The notes below the pieces were generated by a model that saw only the letters and a program-made list of their open reading frames with translations, was not told where the DNA came from and searched no databases. 64,000 bases of DNA from Candidatus Latescibacterota bacterium (GTDB lineage: Bacteria > Latescibacterota > UBA2968 > GCA-2709665), in assembly GCA_965237675.1 (NCBI GenBank), contig OZ250150.1, positions 3,584,001 to 3,648,000 of the forward strand, written 5' to 3'. Position numbers and translations under genes: made by a program. Below, one piece after another: positions 9,244 to 18,500 of the stretch. How positions within the stretch are numbered: position 1 is the first letter of the stretch; every line of letters starts with the position of its first letter.

Positions 9244-11340
9244 TTACCCGTCACGAAGGCATCCGTTGACTTTGTGATTCGGATCGTCAGGCAAACCCGC
9301 GTGGTCGAGATTCGCGTCGGCGCCGCCGGAAAGCGACTTGATAGTCCCCTTGTGCCGATAGACCTGATTTGGCCTGAACGATATTCCGTTTCTGTCTCGA
9401 TCGCGTCTGTTGACTGTGTACTCAAAGACGAGCCCTTCCGTGCCTGATCCGGACTTGTAGCCGGCATTCTCCCATATTGGATTGTCAAGTCTGAAAGACA
9501 CGAATGGCTTTCCCGTTACCTCGACGGGCATGTCGAAGACCACCTCGATCCTTATGATCTCACAACGGCCATAGGTAGATCCGCTCGCGGGGCTAGAAGT
9601 TATCCGGAGGCGTTCGATGACTGGTATCGGTTCCTCGAGGACCACTTCTGCTGTAGCTGGCATCGCCTGAGTCACGTTTGTGGGTAGGTGGCCGAAATTC
9701 AGTCGGATGGTCTTTTCCGTGCCTTCATTCTGTTCGTTATCTTGCATGGCCATCAGCGTGAAGGTCTGCATACTCTCGTTCGGTCCGAAGGTGAGACTCG
9801 AAGGGACTCCGGAGTAGTCTTCGGGTCCGGCGCCCCCTTCCTCTTCCGCGGAAATGGGGACCGTGATCGGCAACGTACCTGCCGCTGGATCCAGATGGAC
9901 CGCAACCTCGACCCCCGATGGATCGCCCTCGACCGCGGCGTAACGCGATGCGCCAAAGGAAACGGTGCGTTTAACCTTCTCCGCCGCAACGGTCGACGAC
10001 CAGACTCCGGTACCTTCACTGTTGTTGGCTCGAACCTGGATTTCATACGCGTCTTCCGTCATCCCGTCTAGCGTGACCGTGGTTTCCGTCAGATCCGTAA
10101 CTTCGGTCCACGCGAAGGCCCCGGCAGCGCGGTAGCGATAGTCGTAGTCAGTCACCTCGAAGCCTGCTGGAAACGCCATCAGGGCGTTGTTTTCAATGAA
10201 GCCTCCGGGCGTTGCCCACGCCAGGTCAATGGCCGTGTCGTCCGCCTCTCGAAATTGAGCGGCAATGTCTCCCGGAGGCGCCGGGACCCCAACGTCCTTG
10301 ACCCGGATGGTCAGGTCGAGCGCCGAACCGCTGCACCCTGTCGGCGTCCCTTCGTTGTTCAGATGATGGATGTTGTGTGTGTTCACGACCCGAATTTGGT
10401 ACTCGTTATCGACGTTGCTGTCGACTGGCGTCTCGTAGTCCGGCGCGGACTTGAATGCCAGGGAAACCGTTCCCGACGTCGCTCTCTCTTCAGAGCTGAG
10501 GGAAAACCGGGCATTGTCGTCGCCACCCTCCGGCAGGGTGTATTCATTGTAGACAGTTACGATCTCGCATCGAATTCTGGGCGGCGACCAGTCGAACCCC
10601 CACTCCCGATGGGCGGACGTAACGGCCGTCCACCGGGGCAAATCCTCGCTCGCGGGAATCGTGGTCCCTTCGTACATCTCGATTGGAGCCGGGATCTCCC
10701 AGCGCTGGTCCGTGACGTATTCTGCCGGATCCGAAAACTGGGCAGAACCGTCGTAAACCAGGTGCAGGTTGAAGACCTGAGGACCGCTTTCAGCATCTCC
10801 ATCGCTTGCGTAGATCGCAGACGGCAACGTAGGGATGTTGGCGACTTCACCGTAGACAGCGGTAAACTGGCCTGGGGTTACTTCCCCGTTTCCGTGGATA
10901 GCGAAGCTGTTGCCTTCCCGCGCGATGCGCAACCAGACATCTTCGGGGCGCTGAATGCCGGAGATACCCGGCACCGCGAACGCAAACCGGTAGGAGATGT
11001 TGTCTCCGTCCGGGTCGGTTGCCGGCTCACCTCCGAACCGTAGCAGAGCAGACGGGCCCCTGGGGATCAGGAGGGTCAGTCCGACTCCTCCTATTGAGCC
11101 ATTGAAAATTGGCGGGTGGTTGGTTCCGTGGTTCCTGGCTGTCGTTTTGGAGGCTGTACTGAAAACCGCGGGCTTGGAAAGCGCCCCGTTCAACCGGACA
11201 CCGGTCGAAATATACCTGGATTGTAACTTCCCGGTTGACCCAGGTGACGTTTCTGCCGGTGCGGTGGGAAGCGGGGTGCTGTTGCCAGCGCAGCCCCACA
11301 GGCCAACGCTGAGCGCGAGTAGTGCTGGACGAATCGACAT
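9244..11340 (-). CDS. Surface lipoprotein with cadherin-like, fibronectin type III and Calx-beta-like domains
   Basis: Lipobox LWGC at residue 17; ATDPDGDNISY, FKSAPDYETPVDSNVDNEYQIRV, YEIQVRANNSEGTGVWS, VPSSLTFGPNE; AAGGAGG SD. Confidence 0.8.
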   Translation of the reverse strand: MSIRPALLALSVGLWGCAGNSTPLPTAPAETSPGSTGKLQSRYISTGVRLNGALSKPAVFSTASKTTARNHGTNHPPIFNGSIGGVGLTLLIPRGPSALLRFGGEPATDPDGDNISYRFAFAVPGISGIQRPEDVWLRIAREGNSFAIHGNGEVTPGQFTAVYGEVANIPTLPSAIYASDGDAESGPQVFNLHLVYDGSAQFSDPAEYVTDQRWEIPAPIEMYEGTTIPASEDLPRWTAVTSAHREWGFDWSPPRIRCEIVTVYNEYTLPEGGDDNARFSLSSEERATSGTVSLAFKSAPDYETPVDSNVDNEYQIRVVNTHNIHHLNNEGTPTGCSGSALDLTIRVKDVGVPAPPGDIAAQFREADDTAIDLAWATPGGFIENNALMAFPAGFEVTDYDYRYRAAGAFAWTEVTDLTETTVTLDGMTEDAYEIQVRANNSEGTGVWSSTVAAEKVKRTVSFGASRYAAVEGDPSGVEVAVHLDPAAGTLPITVPISAEEEGGAGPEDYSGVPSSLTFGPNESMQTFTLMAMQDNEQNEGTEKTIRLNFGHLPTNVTQAMPATAEVVLEEPIPVIERLRITSSPASGSTYGRCEIIRIEVVFDMPVEVTGKPFVSFRLDNPIWENAGYKSGSGTEGLVFEYTVNRRDRDRNGISFRPNQVYRHKGTIKSLSGGADANLDHAGLPDDPNHKVNGCLRDG

Positions 11341-11582
11341 GACGTGCCCTCCTTTTGGTTGTTTCGGGTCTGCACGTTTCGATTCCGTCCCGCGACGCCA
11401 GGGAATAGTCGGCCGATGCTATCCTGCCCGAGGTGGCGGGTGCGGGTTACTGAACAACGTGCGTAAGCATTAAGTCCTCCTTTAGTGAGAGATAAGCCAT
11501 CCTGTATAACGATTCATCTAACCCGCTGTTCCAGGAAATTTTCAAATTTTTTTCCGCCCTTCGATTAGAGATGCTCGTCGTC

Positions 11583-11611
11583 TTGACAGAGGTTTCACAA
11601 ACACCTATGTT
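11583..11611 (+). promoter_or_regulatory. Sigma70-type promoter upstream of the MEMO1-family gene
   Basis: TTGACA (11583-11588) - 17 nt - TATGTT (11606-11611). Confidence 0.55.
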
Positions 11612-11671
11612 TTTGGCGGCGCACGAAGGAGTCGTGTCCGTCTCGTTGGCAACGTAATTCGCAAGGCAGCC

Positions 11672-12994
11672 ATGCCATTCGCTACCGATACCCCGCTACC
11701 GCGCGCGCGGCGCGTGGAAGTGATCCCGATCGACCAGGAAGGCGAGCGGGCGTTCTACATGCGCGATCCGTTGGCGTTCGCGCCGCAGCCGCTGTTGCTC
11801 GGAACGGCCGGGATGCTCGTTCTATCCCATCTGGATGGCCGGCACACCATCGATCAGATACACGACGCGCTGCGAAAGTGGCTACCAGGCGGTGACGTGG
11901 GCGTCGGCGAGATCCGCCATGTGCTGAGCAGATTGAGCGAGGGTTGCTACCTGGATGACCACGTGGCTGCGGCGCGGATCGCCCGGGTATGCGAGGAATT
12001 CGAAAATTCAGACGTGCGACCGGCATGGCACGCCGGCAACGCCTACCCTCAGGATCCTGGGGAACTCGCGGTGATGCTCGACAGCTTTTTTGCCGCCGCT
12101 TCATCCGCGAAGGCGCAGGATGGAGGTGCGCACGAGGACCCGACGGCGCAGCTTGCCGCCATCATGTGTCCGCACATCGATCTGCGCGCAGGCGGGGAGA
12201 CCTACCCGCCAGCCTTCACGGCGCTGTCCTCGGCCGCCGGTGGCTCAACACCGTTCGAGCTCTATGTCATTCTCGGCGTGGCGCACAACGGCGGCACGGA
12301 ACCGGGAAAGAGCTTCGCCGTCGCGACCGGCAAACACTACGAAACCCCGTTTGGGCAGGTGCCTACGGACGCTCGGGTGGTCGAGGATTGGTCACGCCGA
12401 GCGGGGCGAGACATCACCCAGCAGCAGTGGCTGCACCGCACCGAGCACTCGGTTGAGTTCCCTTTACTGTTTCTTCAGTACATCCATGCGCGGGCGGAAC
12501 TGCCGCCGTACGAGGTGGTACCTGTCCTGCTCGGTAGCGTCGATCATTGCCTGCGCGAAGGACGGGATCCCTTGCAGGCCCCCGAGATCGCTACCGAACT
12601 TGCGGCGCTGCGGGCTGCGGTATCTGCCAGCGGCAAACGTGCCCTCTACGTGCTCAGCGTGGACCTGGCTCATATCGGACCCAGGTTCGGCCATCCTGAG
12701 CGGGTCGATGATGCCGGGGCGGCCGCGTGTGAGTTGGCAGACCGTGACCTGCTGGGTTACGCGCAACGATTCGATGCGGAGGGTTTCCGCCGTGCGTTGC
12801 AGGCAGACGGAAACAACCGGAACGTGGACGCCGTCTCCGGCCTGTTCTCGCTCCACGCGCTTCTGGCCGGCGCCGAACGCCACGGTGACCTGCTCAGCTA
12901 CGGTCAGAATCGGCAGGAGGATTCCGGTTCGCTGGTCAGCTATGCGAGCATGGCCTTCTATCAGACGCCGCCAACACCACCGCGGCGCGCGTGA
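11672..12994 (+). CDS. MEMO1-family protein (AmmeMemoRadiSam protein B-like) with N-terminal extension
   Basis: RPAWHAGNAYP, PHID, ILGVAH, ETPFG, HRTEHSVEF, SVDLAHIGPRFG, VSYASMAF. Confidence 0.85.
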   Translation: MPFATDTPLPRARRVEVIPIDQEGERAFYMRDPLAFAPQPLLLGTAGMLVLSHLDGRHTIDQIHDALRKWLPGGDVGVGEIRHVLSRLSEGCYLDDHVAAARIARVCEEFENSDVRPAWHAGNAYPQDPGELAVMLDSFFAAASSAKAQDGGAHEDPTAQLAAIMCPHIDLRAGGETYPPAFTALSSAAGGSTPFELYVILGVAHNGGTEPGKSFAVATGKHYETPFGQVPTDARVVEDWSRRAGRDITQQQWLHRTEHSVEFPLLFLQYIHARAELPPYEVVPVLLGSVDHCLREGRDPLQAPEIATELAALRAAVSASGKRALYVLSVDLAHIGPRFGHPERVDDAGAAACELADRDLLGYAQRFDAEGFRRALQADGNNRNVDAVSGLFSLHALLAGAERHGDLLSYGQNRQEDSGSLVSYASMAFYQTPPTPPRRA

Positions 12995-13117
12995 ACCGGC
13001 GGATTCTCCAGCGTACCGATGTCTTTCGGCCACTCCTTTTTTGTCTCTCGCGAACGTCTCCATCGCGCGTTATATTGTATACGTGCTCCGTGAGTTGCAA
13101 TCTTCCAGGAGGTCGTT

Positions 13118-13963
13118 ATGCCCCAGAGGTGGTTACGTGTCGCCGCGGTTCAAATGAACGCCGACGAGGACATCGAAGGAAATGCGCGCAGGGTCGTCGA
13201 CCGGCTGAATACCTGCGCCCGCGAGGACGTGGACGTGGCTTCGTTTCACGAAGGGGTCCTGCACGGCTATTCCGACCGCCCCGAATTCTGGTCGAGCCTG
13301 GATCAAACCCGCATCGAAGAAGCGGAGCGGCAGATCATTCGGGCCTGCCGTGAAAAAAGCATCGCGGCTGTCGTCGGCTCGACCCATCTGGACGGCGGGC
13401 GCCGCTTTAACAGCTTGCTCATTGTGGACAGAGACGGCACGGTGCCGGGACGCTACGGCAAGATCCATCTTGCGGGTGAGCGCTGGTGTGAGCCCGCACA
13501 GCACCTGCCCATTTACAGGCTGTGCGGCGTACCCTCCTGTTTCTTGATCTGTCACGATATTCGTTACCCCGAACTGGTGCGGCTGCCCGCAGCGGCCGGC
13601 GCCATGATTTGCTTTTTCTCCAGTTGTGAGAGTTCGGTCACATCGGAGCATAAATTGTCGGCCTATCGGGCCATGCCCATCAGCCGCGCGACCGAGAATG
13701 GCATTTACGTGGTGATGGCCAATGCGCCCGCCGATCCGTCCAATATCGACCGCGCGGGGTCATCGCATGGAGAATCGAAGATCATTCATCCGGATGGCAA
13801 TGTAATGGCGGAAGCCGGTATGTTTTCGGACGAGATTGTCATTCGCAGGCTGGACCTCCTTCAAGCATCGCGAAATATCGCAATGCGGGCCGTAAATGAT
13901 GTCACCTGCATCAGCGATTGGATGAAGGATGGGTTGAGGCTTGTAGACGGAGGAATCGCGTGA
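13118..13963 (+). CDS. Carbon-nitrogen hydrolase (nitrilase superfamily)
   Basis: E-K-C triad motifs FHEG, YGKIHL, ICHDIRYPE; AGGAGG SD. Confidence 0.9.
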   Translation: MPQRWLRVAAVQMNADEDIEGNARRVVDRLNTCAREDVDVASFHEGVLHGYSDRPEFWSSLDQTRIEEAERQIIRACREKSIAAVVGSTHLDGGRRFNSLLIVDRDGTVPGRYGKIHLAGERWCEPAQHLPIYRLCGVPSCFLICHDIRYPELVRLPAAAGAMICFFSSCESSVTSEHKLSAYRAMPISRATENGIYVVMANAPADPSNIDRAGSSHGESKIIHPDGNVMAEAGMFSDEIVIRRLDLLQASRNIAMRAVNDVTCISDWMKDGLRLVDGGIA

Positions 13964-13994
13964 CTTATATCTTCAGTCCGCAGAAGGAGTATGC

Positions 13995-15452
13995 ATGAGA
14001 GGATCCCGGCCGAACATCCTGTGGATTTGCACGGACCAGCAGCGCTACGATACCATTGGCGCGTTGGGGAACACCCACGTCGACACGCCTAATATCGATC
14101 GCCTTGTCGCCGAGGGATTCGCATTTACGCACGCGTATTGTCAGAGTCCGATTTGCACACCCAGCCGGGCGAGTTTTCTGACTGGACAATACCCGAGTGC
14201 CGTGCATGTGAACGGAAATGGCAATTCGCACTTTCCGGATGCGCCGCCCCTGGTCACGAAGATGCTGGCTGACAGTGGCTACGATTGCGGGTTGATTGGC
14301 AAGTTGCATCTGTCCAGCGCATTCGGGCGTGTCGAGGCGCGGGTTGATGACGGGTACCGGTACTGGCAATATAGCCACGCGCCACGGGACGATTGGGAGA
14401 CCGGTCACGACTATGCCGACTGGGTACGATCGCAGGGCGAGGTATTGGGCGAATTGATCAAGAGTCCCGATGGCGTGCCGGCGGAATTGCATCAGACCAC
14501 GTGGTGCGCTGAGAAAACCATCGATTTTTTGAGCGAACAACGTGATGGCCCCTGGTTGGCTTCTGTGAATATCTACGACCCGCATCCGCCATTCAATCCG
14601 CCCAGGACGTACCGCGATTTGTTTGATCCGGAACTGGTGAACGGGCCGCTGTTCAGAGAAAGTGATCTGGCGCAGCAGGAGAAACTGGAAGCCATCGACT
14701 TTCAATCCAAAGGACGGCATCCCCGTGAATTAGACATCAAGAGCCCGGTGATACCCTGGACGCAGACCCACGGATTGCGGGAGCCCGAAACAGCGGGAAA
14801 GCGCGACGCCAGGACGCTGATCGCCGCGTATTATGCCATGATCAAATTGATCGACGATCAACTCGGCCGGATCATTGCAGCGCTGGAAGACACCGGACAG
14901 CGTGACAATACACTGGTGATCTTTACGAGCGACCACGGGGAAACGTTGGGCGACCACGGATTGATTCAGAAGGGATGCCGCTTTTACGAAGGGCTGGTGC
15001 GGGTACCGCTGATTTTTTCTTGGCCGGGTCGGATAAAATCGGGGAACAGAAGCGATGCGCTCGTTGAATTGCGCGACATCGCCCCGCTCCTTTTGGAATT
15101 GGCGGGGTTACCGGTTCCCGAGCGGATGCAGTCGTGTTTTTTGTTGCCCATGCTCAGCGGCGAGAAACCAGCGGGCGAACATCGCGAATTCGTGCGGTGT
15201 GAATTTTACGATGCGCTGGATCAGGCCGACGGGACGTTTGCCACGATGTATCGCAACCGACGATACAAACTCGTGGTCTACCACGGGCACGGGCTGGGCG
15301 AACTCTACGACCTCGAGGAGGATCCAGGAGAGTTTGACAATCTGTGGGACAGCCCCGAACATGCGGACGTGAAACTCGACCTCATGCAACGCAGTTTCGA
15401 CGCGTCGATGCTCGCAATGGACAGAGGTCCCGAACGCATCGGGCCGATGTAG
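13995..15452 (+). CDS. Formylglycine-dependent sulfatase
   Basis: PNILWICTDQQR, CTPSR signature, GKLH, SDHGE. Confidence 0.95.
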   Translation: MRGSRPNILWICTDQQRYDTIGALGNTHVDTPNIDRLVAEGFAFTHAYCQSPICTPSRASFLTGQYPSAVHVNGNGNSHFPDAPPLVTKMLADSGYDCGLIGKLHLSSAFGRVEARVDDGYRYWQYSHAPRDDWETGHDYADWVRSQGEVLGELIKSPDGVPAELHQTTWCAEKTIDFLSEQRDGPWLASVNIYDPHPPFNPPRTYRDLFDPELVNGPLFRESDLAQQEKLEAIDFQSKGRHPRELDIKSPVIPWTQTHGLREPETAGKRDARTLIAAYYAMIKLIDDQLGRIIAALEDTGQRDNTLVIFTSDHGETLGDHGLIQKGCRFYEGLVRVPLIFSWPGRIKSGNRSDALVELRDIAPLLLELAGLPVPERMQSCFLLPMLSGEKPAGEHREFVRCEFYDALDQADGTFATMYRNRRYKLVVYHGHGLGELYDLEEDPGEFDNLWDSPEHADVKLDLMQRSFDASMLAMDRGPERIGPM

Positions 15453-15607
15453 GGAACGTCATGCAGTTTTGGTGATTTACAACGTACTCGGCGAGCGGGT
15501 GTGTCCGTTGGTGAATTTTGCCGAAATGCACGTGACACGAACAAGGACTTGTTCCAGATACCAGTGCTTACGCAAGCATGCAACTACCATAAACTTCAGA
15601 AGGAACA

Positions 15608-16384
15608 ATGGGAAACCCAGTAGTCCACTTTGAAATCGCAGGCCCCGATGGCCCTGCCTTGCAGCAGTTCTACCGAGATCTCTTCGGCTGGGAAGTGCGG
15701 ACGCTGGGCGAGGAGATGGGCAACTACGGTTTGGTGCAGACCAACGAAGGCGGCATCGGCGGCGGTATCCTGGAAGCCACCGAGGACATGCCTTTCAGGA
15801 GCTATGTGACTTTCTACATTCAGGTAGATGACCTCCAGGCAGCTCTGGACAAGCTGCCCGGGCTGGGCGGAGCTACGGTGATGCAGCCGATGGAGATTGC
15901 GCCCGGCATGGGCTCCATTGCCACGTTCACAGACCCCGCCCACAACACCATTGGACTGTACTCCCTGCCTGCCGAATGGGACGGCGAGATGCCGCCAGAG
16001 GGCAACGCCCCACCCGTCGTGCATTTCGAGGTCGGCGGAAGCGACGCAGAAGCGCTTAATGATTTCTACGCCGAAATGTTCGGTTGGCAGACCACCCTCA
16101 TGGACGGATTGAACTACCGGCTCGTAAAGCAAGAGCCAGCAGGCATCGGCGGCGGCATTTTCCAGGACATGGATGGTATGCCGCCCAACGCCCCTTCGGT
16201 TGCTGTTATGGTTGACGACTTGCAAGCCTATCTCGAAAAGGCGGTTGGCCTTGGCACAACGGCCCTGATGCAGCCCAATGAGATTCCCGGTGGCTTCGGC
16301 TCGCTCGCGATCTTTAACGACATCGCAGGCAACCAAATTTCCCTCTTCAAACCACCCGAGAATCATACTCATCCGCAAACCTGA
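15608..16384 (+). CDS. Tandem two-unit VOC family protein
   Basis: Internal duplication: PVVHFE...FY..LFGW...GIGGGI...VDDLQA.L occurs twice. Confidence 0.85.
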   Translation: MGNPVVHFEIAGPDGPALQQFYRDLFGWEVRTLGEEMGNYGLVQTNEGGIGGGILEATEDMPFRSYVTFYIQVDDLQAALDKLPGLGGATVMQPMEIAPGMGSIATFTDPAHNTIGLYSLPAEWDGEMPPEGNAPPVVHFEVGGSDAEALNDFYAEMFGWQTTLMDGLNYRLVKQEPAGIGGGIFQDMDGMPPNAPSVAVMVDDLQAYLEKAVGLGTTALMQPNEIPGGFGSLAIFNDIAGNQISLFKPPENHTHPQT

Positions 16385-16521
16385 CAATTCACCGGTAACT
16401 TCGGCATGCGCAGGCCCTGCGTAATGACGGTGCGCGTTGAAACGGAAACTCACTCGTTGCAAACCCGAGCCGATCATATATACCCGCTAGCGCATGACCG
16501 CGAGTCGTCGACTCAGATCGA

Positions 16522-17562
16522 ATGACTACGGAGACAGATATGGCAATTGACCTACGCAGGATCGTGGCGGAACTGAACAGCCTGTCCGCAGATTATCGAG
16601 TAGGGACCCTTCAACAGCTTCGCCTGAAGATTCAATGCAAGTCGGGAAGTCGGAGAGGTATGCGCATGCAGGTTCCTAATAATAGCGACGGGTACGCATT
16701 TCATTGGGGAGGACGCACAGAACTTCAGTTCAATTTGGGTATAGAAGGTCAAGGAATCCGATACGGGGTTGCTTTTTCCTTTGAGCCGAGCTCATCCTAT
16801 TCTGTAGATGACCTACATCGATTCCTCGATCCAAAGATCGAACGTTTCAACGAATACCTCGGGTGGAACCCAGATGAATATCCGACGATGAAAATGTGGC
16901 ATTGGGCTAACGATGAGAGATCCCAGGAATATAGACCCGGTCCAATTAGGATGAATCTCTATGAGCCAGACCTATTCATATTTCTGGGACGAATCAGTAA
17001 TCCGGACAATTGGAATCCACATGAAGTGCTGAAAACCTTCGATGAACTTCTGCCGCTTTATGTACATGTTGAAGGCGATGGCTCGTCTTCTCTCAAGCCT
17101 CGCAGCTGCAGAGAGGATGGTTTCTCCTTCAAGCCCGGCTGTACGATCAAGCCGAGCCGGGCTATCGCGAAACTATATCCGGGTATCTCTAACATCCGTC
17201 TACGCCACAACGATATGCAGTTCACACTTCACGCCAAACTGGCATCGAAACATGGCAAGGACAACGTAGGCACGGAGAATCCCAGTGGTAATGGTCTACC
17301 CATTGACGTCGTCGTTAAAGGCGAAGACGACTCCTATAGTTTCTACGAAATCAAGACCTCACACGCCCCGCGTATTTGCATCCGCGAAGCCATCGGACAA
17401 TTACTTGAATATGCGTATTGGAACGGTTGCGGCCCTGAGGTTAAACATCTGGTAATCGTCGGTCCGAATCCGATGGACGATGAGGCCGAGAAGTATCTAT
17501 CCGAGCTGAAAGAGAGATTTAGTCTGCCCATTAGATACGACCATCACCCTCTTTCCGATTGA
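16522..17562 (+). CDS. Putative PD-(D/E)XK nuclease (restriction-like) with uncharacterised N-terminal domain
   Basis: C-terminal IDVVVK...FYEIKT...CIREAIGQLLEYAY; visibly more AT-rich than the flanking genes. Confidence 0.65.
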   Translation: MTTETDMAIDLRRIVAELNSLSADYRVGTLQQLRLKIQCKSGSRRGMRMQVPNNSDGYAFHWGGRTELQFNLGIEGQGIRYGVAFSFEPSSSYSVDDLHRFLDPKIERFNEYLGWNPDEYPTMKMWHWANDERSQEYRPGPIRMNLYEPDLFIFLGRISNPDNWNPHEVLKTFDELLPLYVHVEGDGSSSLKPRSCREDGFSFKPGCTIKPSRAIAKLYPGISNIRLRHNDMQFTLHAKLASKHGKDNVGTENPSGNGLPIDVVVKGEDDSYSFYEIKTSHAPRICIREAIGQLLEYAYWNGCGPEVKHLVIVGPNPMDDEAEKYLSELKERFSLPIRYDHHPLSD

Positions 17563-17810
17563 TTTTAAGCTGCTTTTTGTTTCTCTCGTTTCCGTATAAA
17601 ACATCTCCGTGATGGGCACCCCCACGTCAAAACCATTCTACAGAGGATGTGGCTGGATGGGAGATTTCTTTCCACCAAACCTCCTCTGTGAAGTAATCAG
17701 CTGTGGGTAGCCGGTTTTCAAGTGGATGGTGAGGGCGTTTACCGCCTTCGAGTGCGAGGCACCCGAGTAATCACGGTGCCAATTCTTCGACATATTTATC
17801 GGACTGGTTA

Positions 17811-18500
17811 GTGACACCACCTGACCCACATTACCACGGTCATCGGAAGCGCCTTCGCGAACGATTCGTCAAAAGCGGTTTCGAAGGATTCGCCGAACAC
17901 GAGCGCATTGAATTGTTGATGACTTTGGCGATTCCGCGCTCCGACGTGAAACGGCAGGCAAAGGCACTTCTCGAGCAATTTGGTAGCTTGCGAGGCGTCC
18001 TTGACGCCCCACTGGCCGAGCTGCAGTCAGTGGAAGGCATCGGCGAGGTCGCCGCGATCTCACTTAAGGTTATACGCGAAGCGGCGACACTCTACCTGCT
18101 TGAGACGTCGGAGGAAGCACTGGTTCTCAATGAACCCGAAAAGCTAAGCGATTTCTGGCGGATGCGGATCGGCCATCTCAAACACGAAGTGTTTGCGGTT
18201 GCGTACCTGGATTCTGCGCATCGGTTGCTGAACGACGGCGTCGAAATCCTCCAGGAGGGCACAATTGATAGGGCTGCGGTGTATCCGCGGCGCGTTGTGG
18301 AGGCCGCGCTCCAGCGCCAGGCCGCGGCGCTGGTGCTTGCGCACAACCATCCGAACGGCAACGTCGCGCCGAGCGAACAGGACAAGACGGTCACGCGGGC
18401 AATCACATTGGCTGCCGAAACCATCAGCCTTCGTGTCGTCGACCACCTGATCGTGTCCGCCGCCGACACATACAGCTTCAGGAAGGAGGGGCTGTTGTGA
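17811..18500 (+). CDS. radC: RadC family JAB-domain protein
   Basis: GHRKRLRERF, HhH-like VEGIGE, GTIDRAAVYPR, HNHPNGNVAPSEQD, DHLIV. Confidence 0.92.
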   Translation: MTPPDPHYHGHRKRLRERFVKSGFEGFAEHERIELLMTLAIPRSDVKRQAKALLEQFGSLRGVLDAPLAELQSVEGIGEVAAISLKVIREAATLYLLETSEEALVLNEPEKLSDFWRMRIGHLKHEVFAVAYLDSAHRLLNDGVEILQEGTIDRAAVYPRRVVEAALQRQAAALVLAHNHPNGNVAPSEQDKTVTRAITLAAETISLRVVDHLIVSAADTYSFRKEGLL

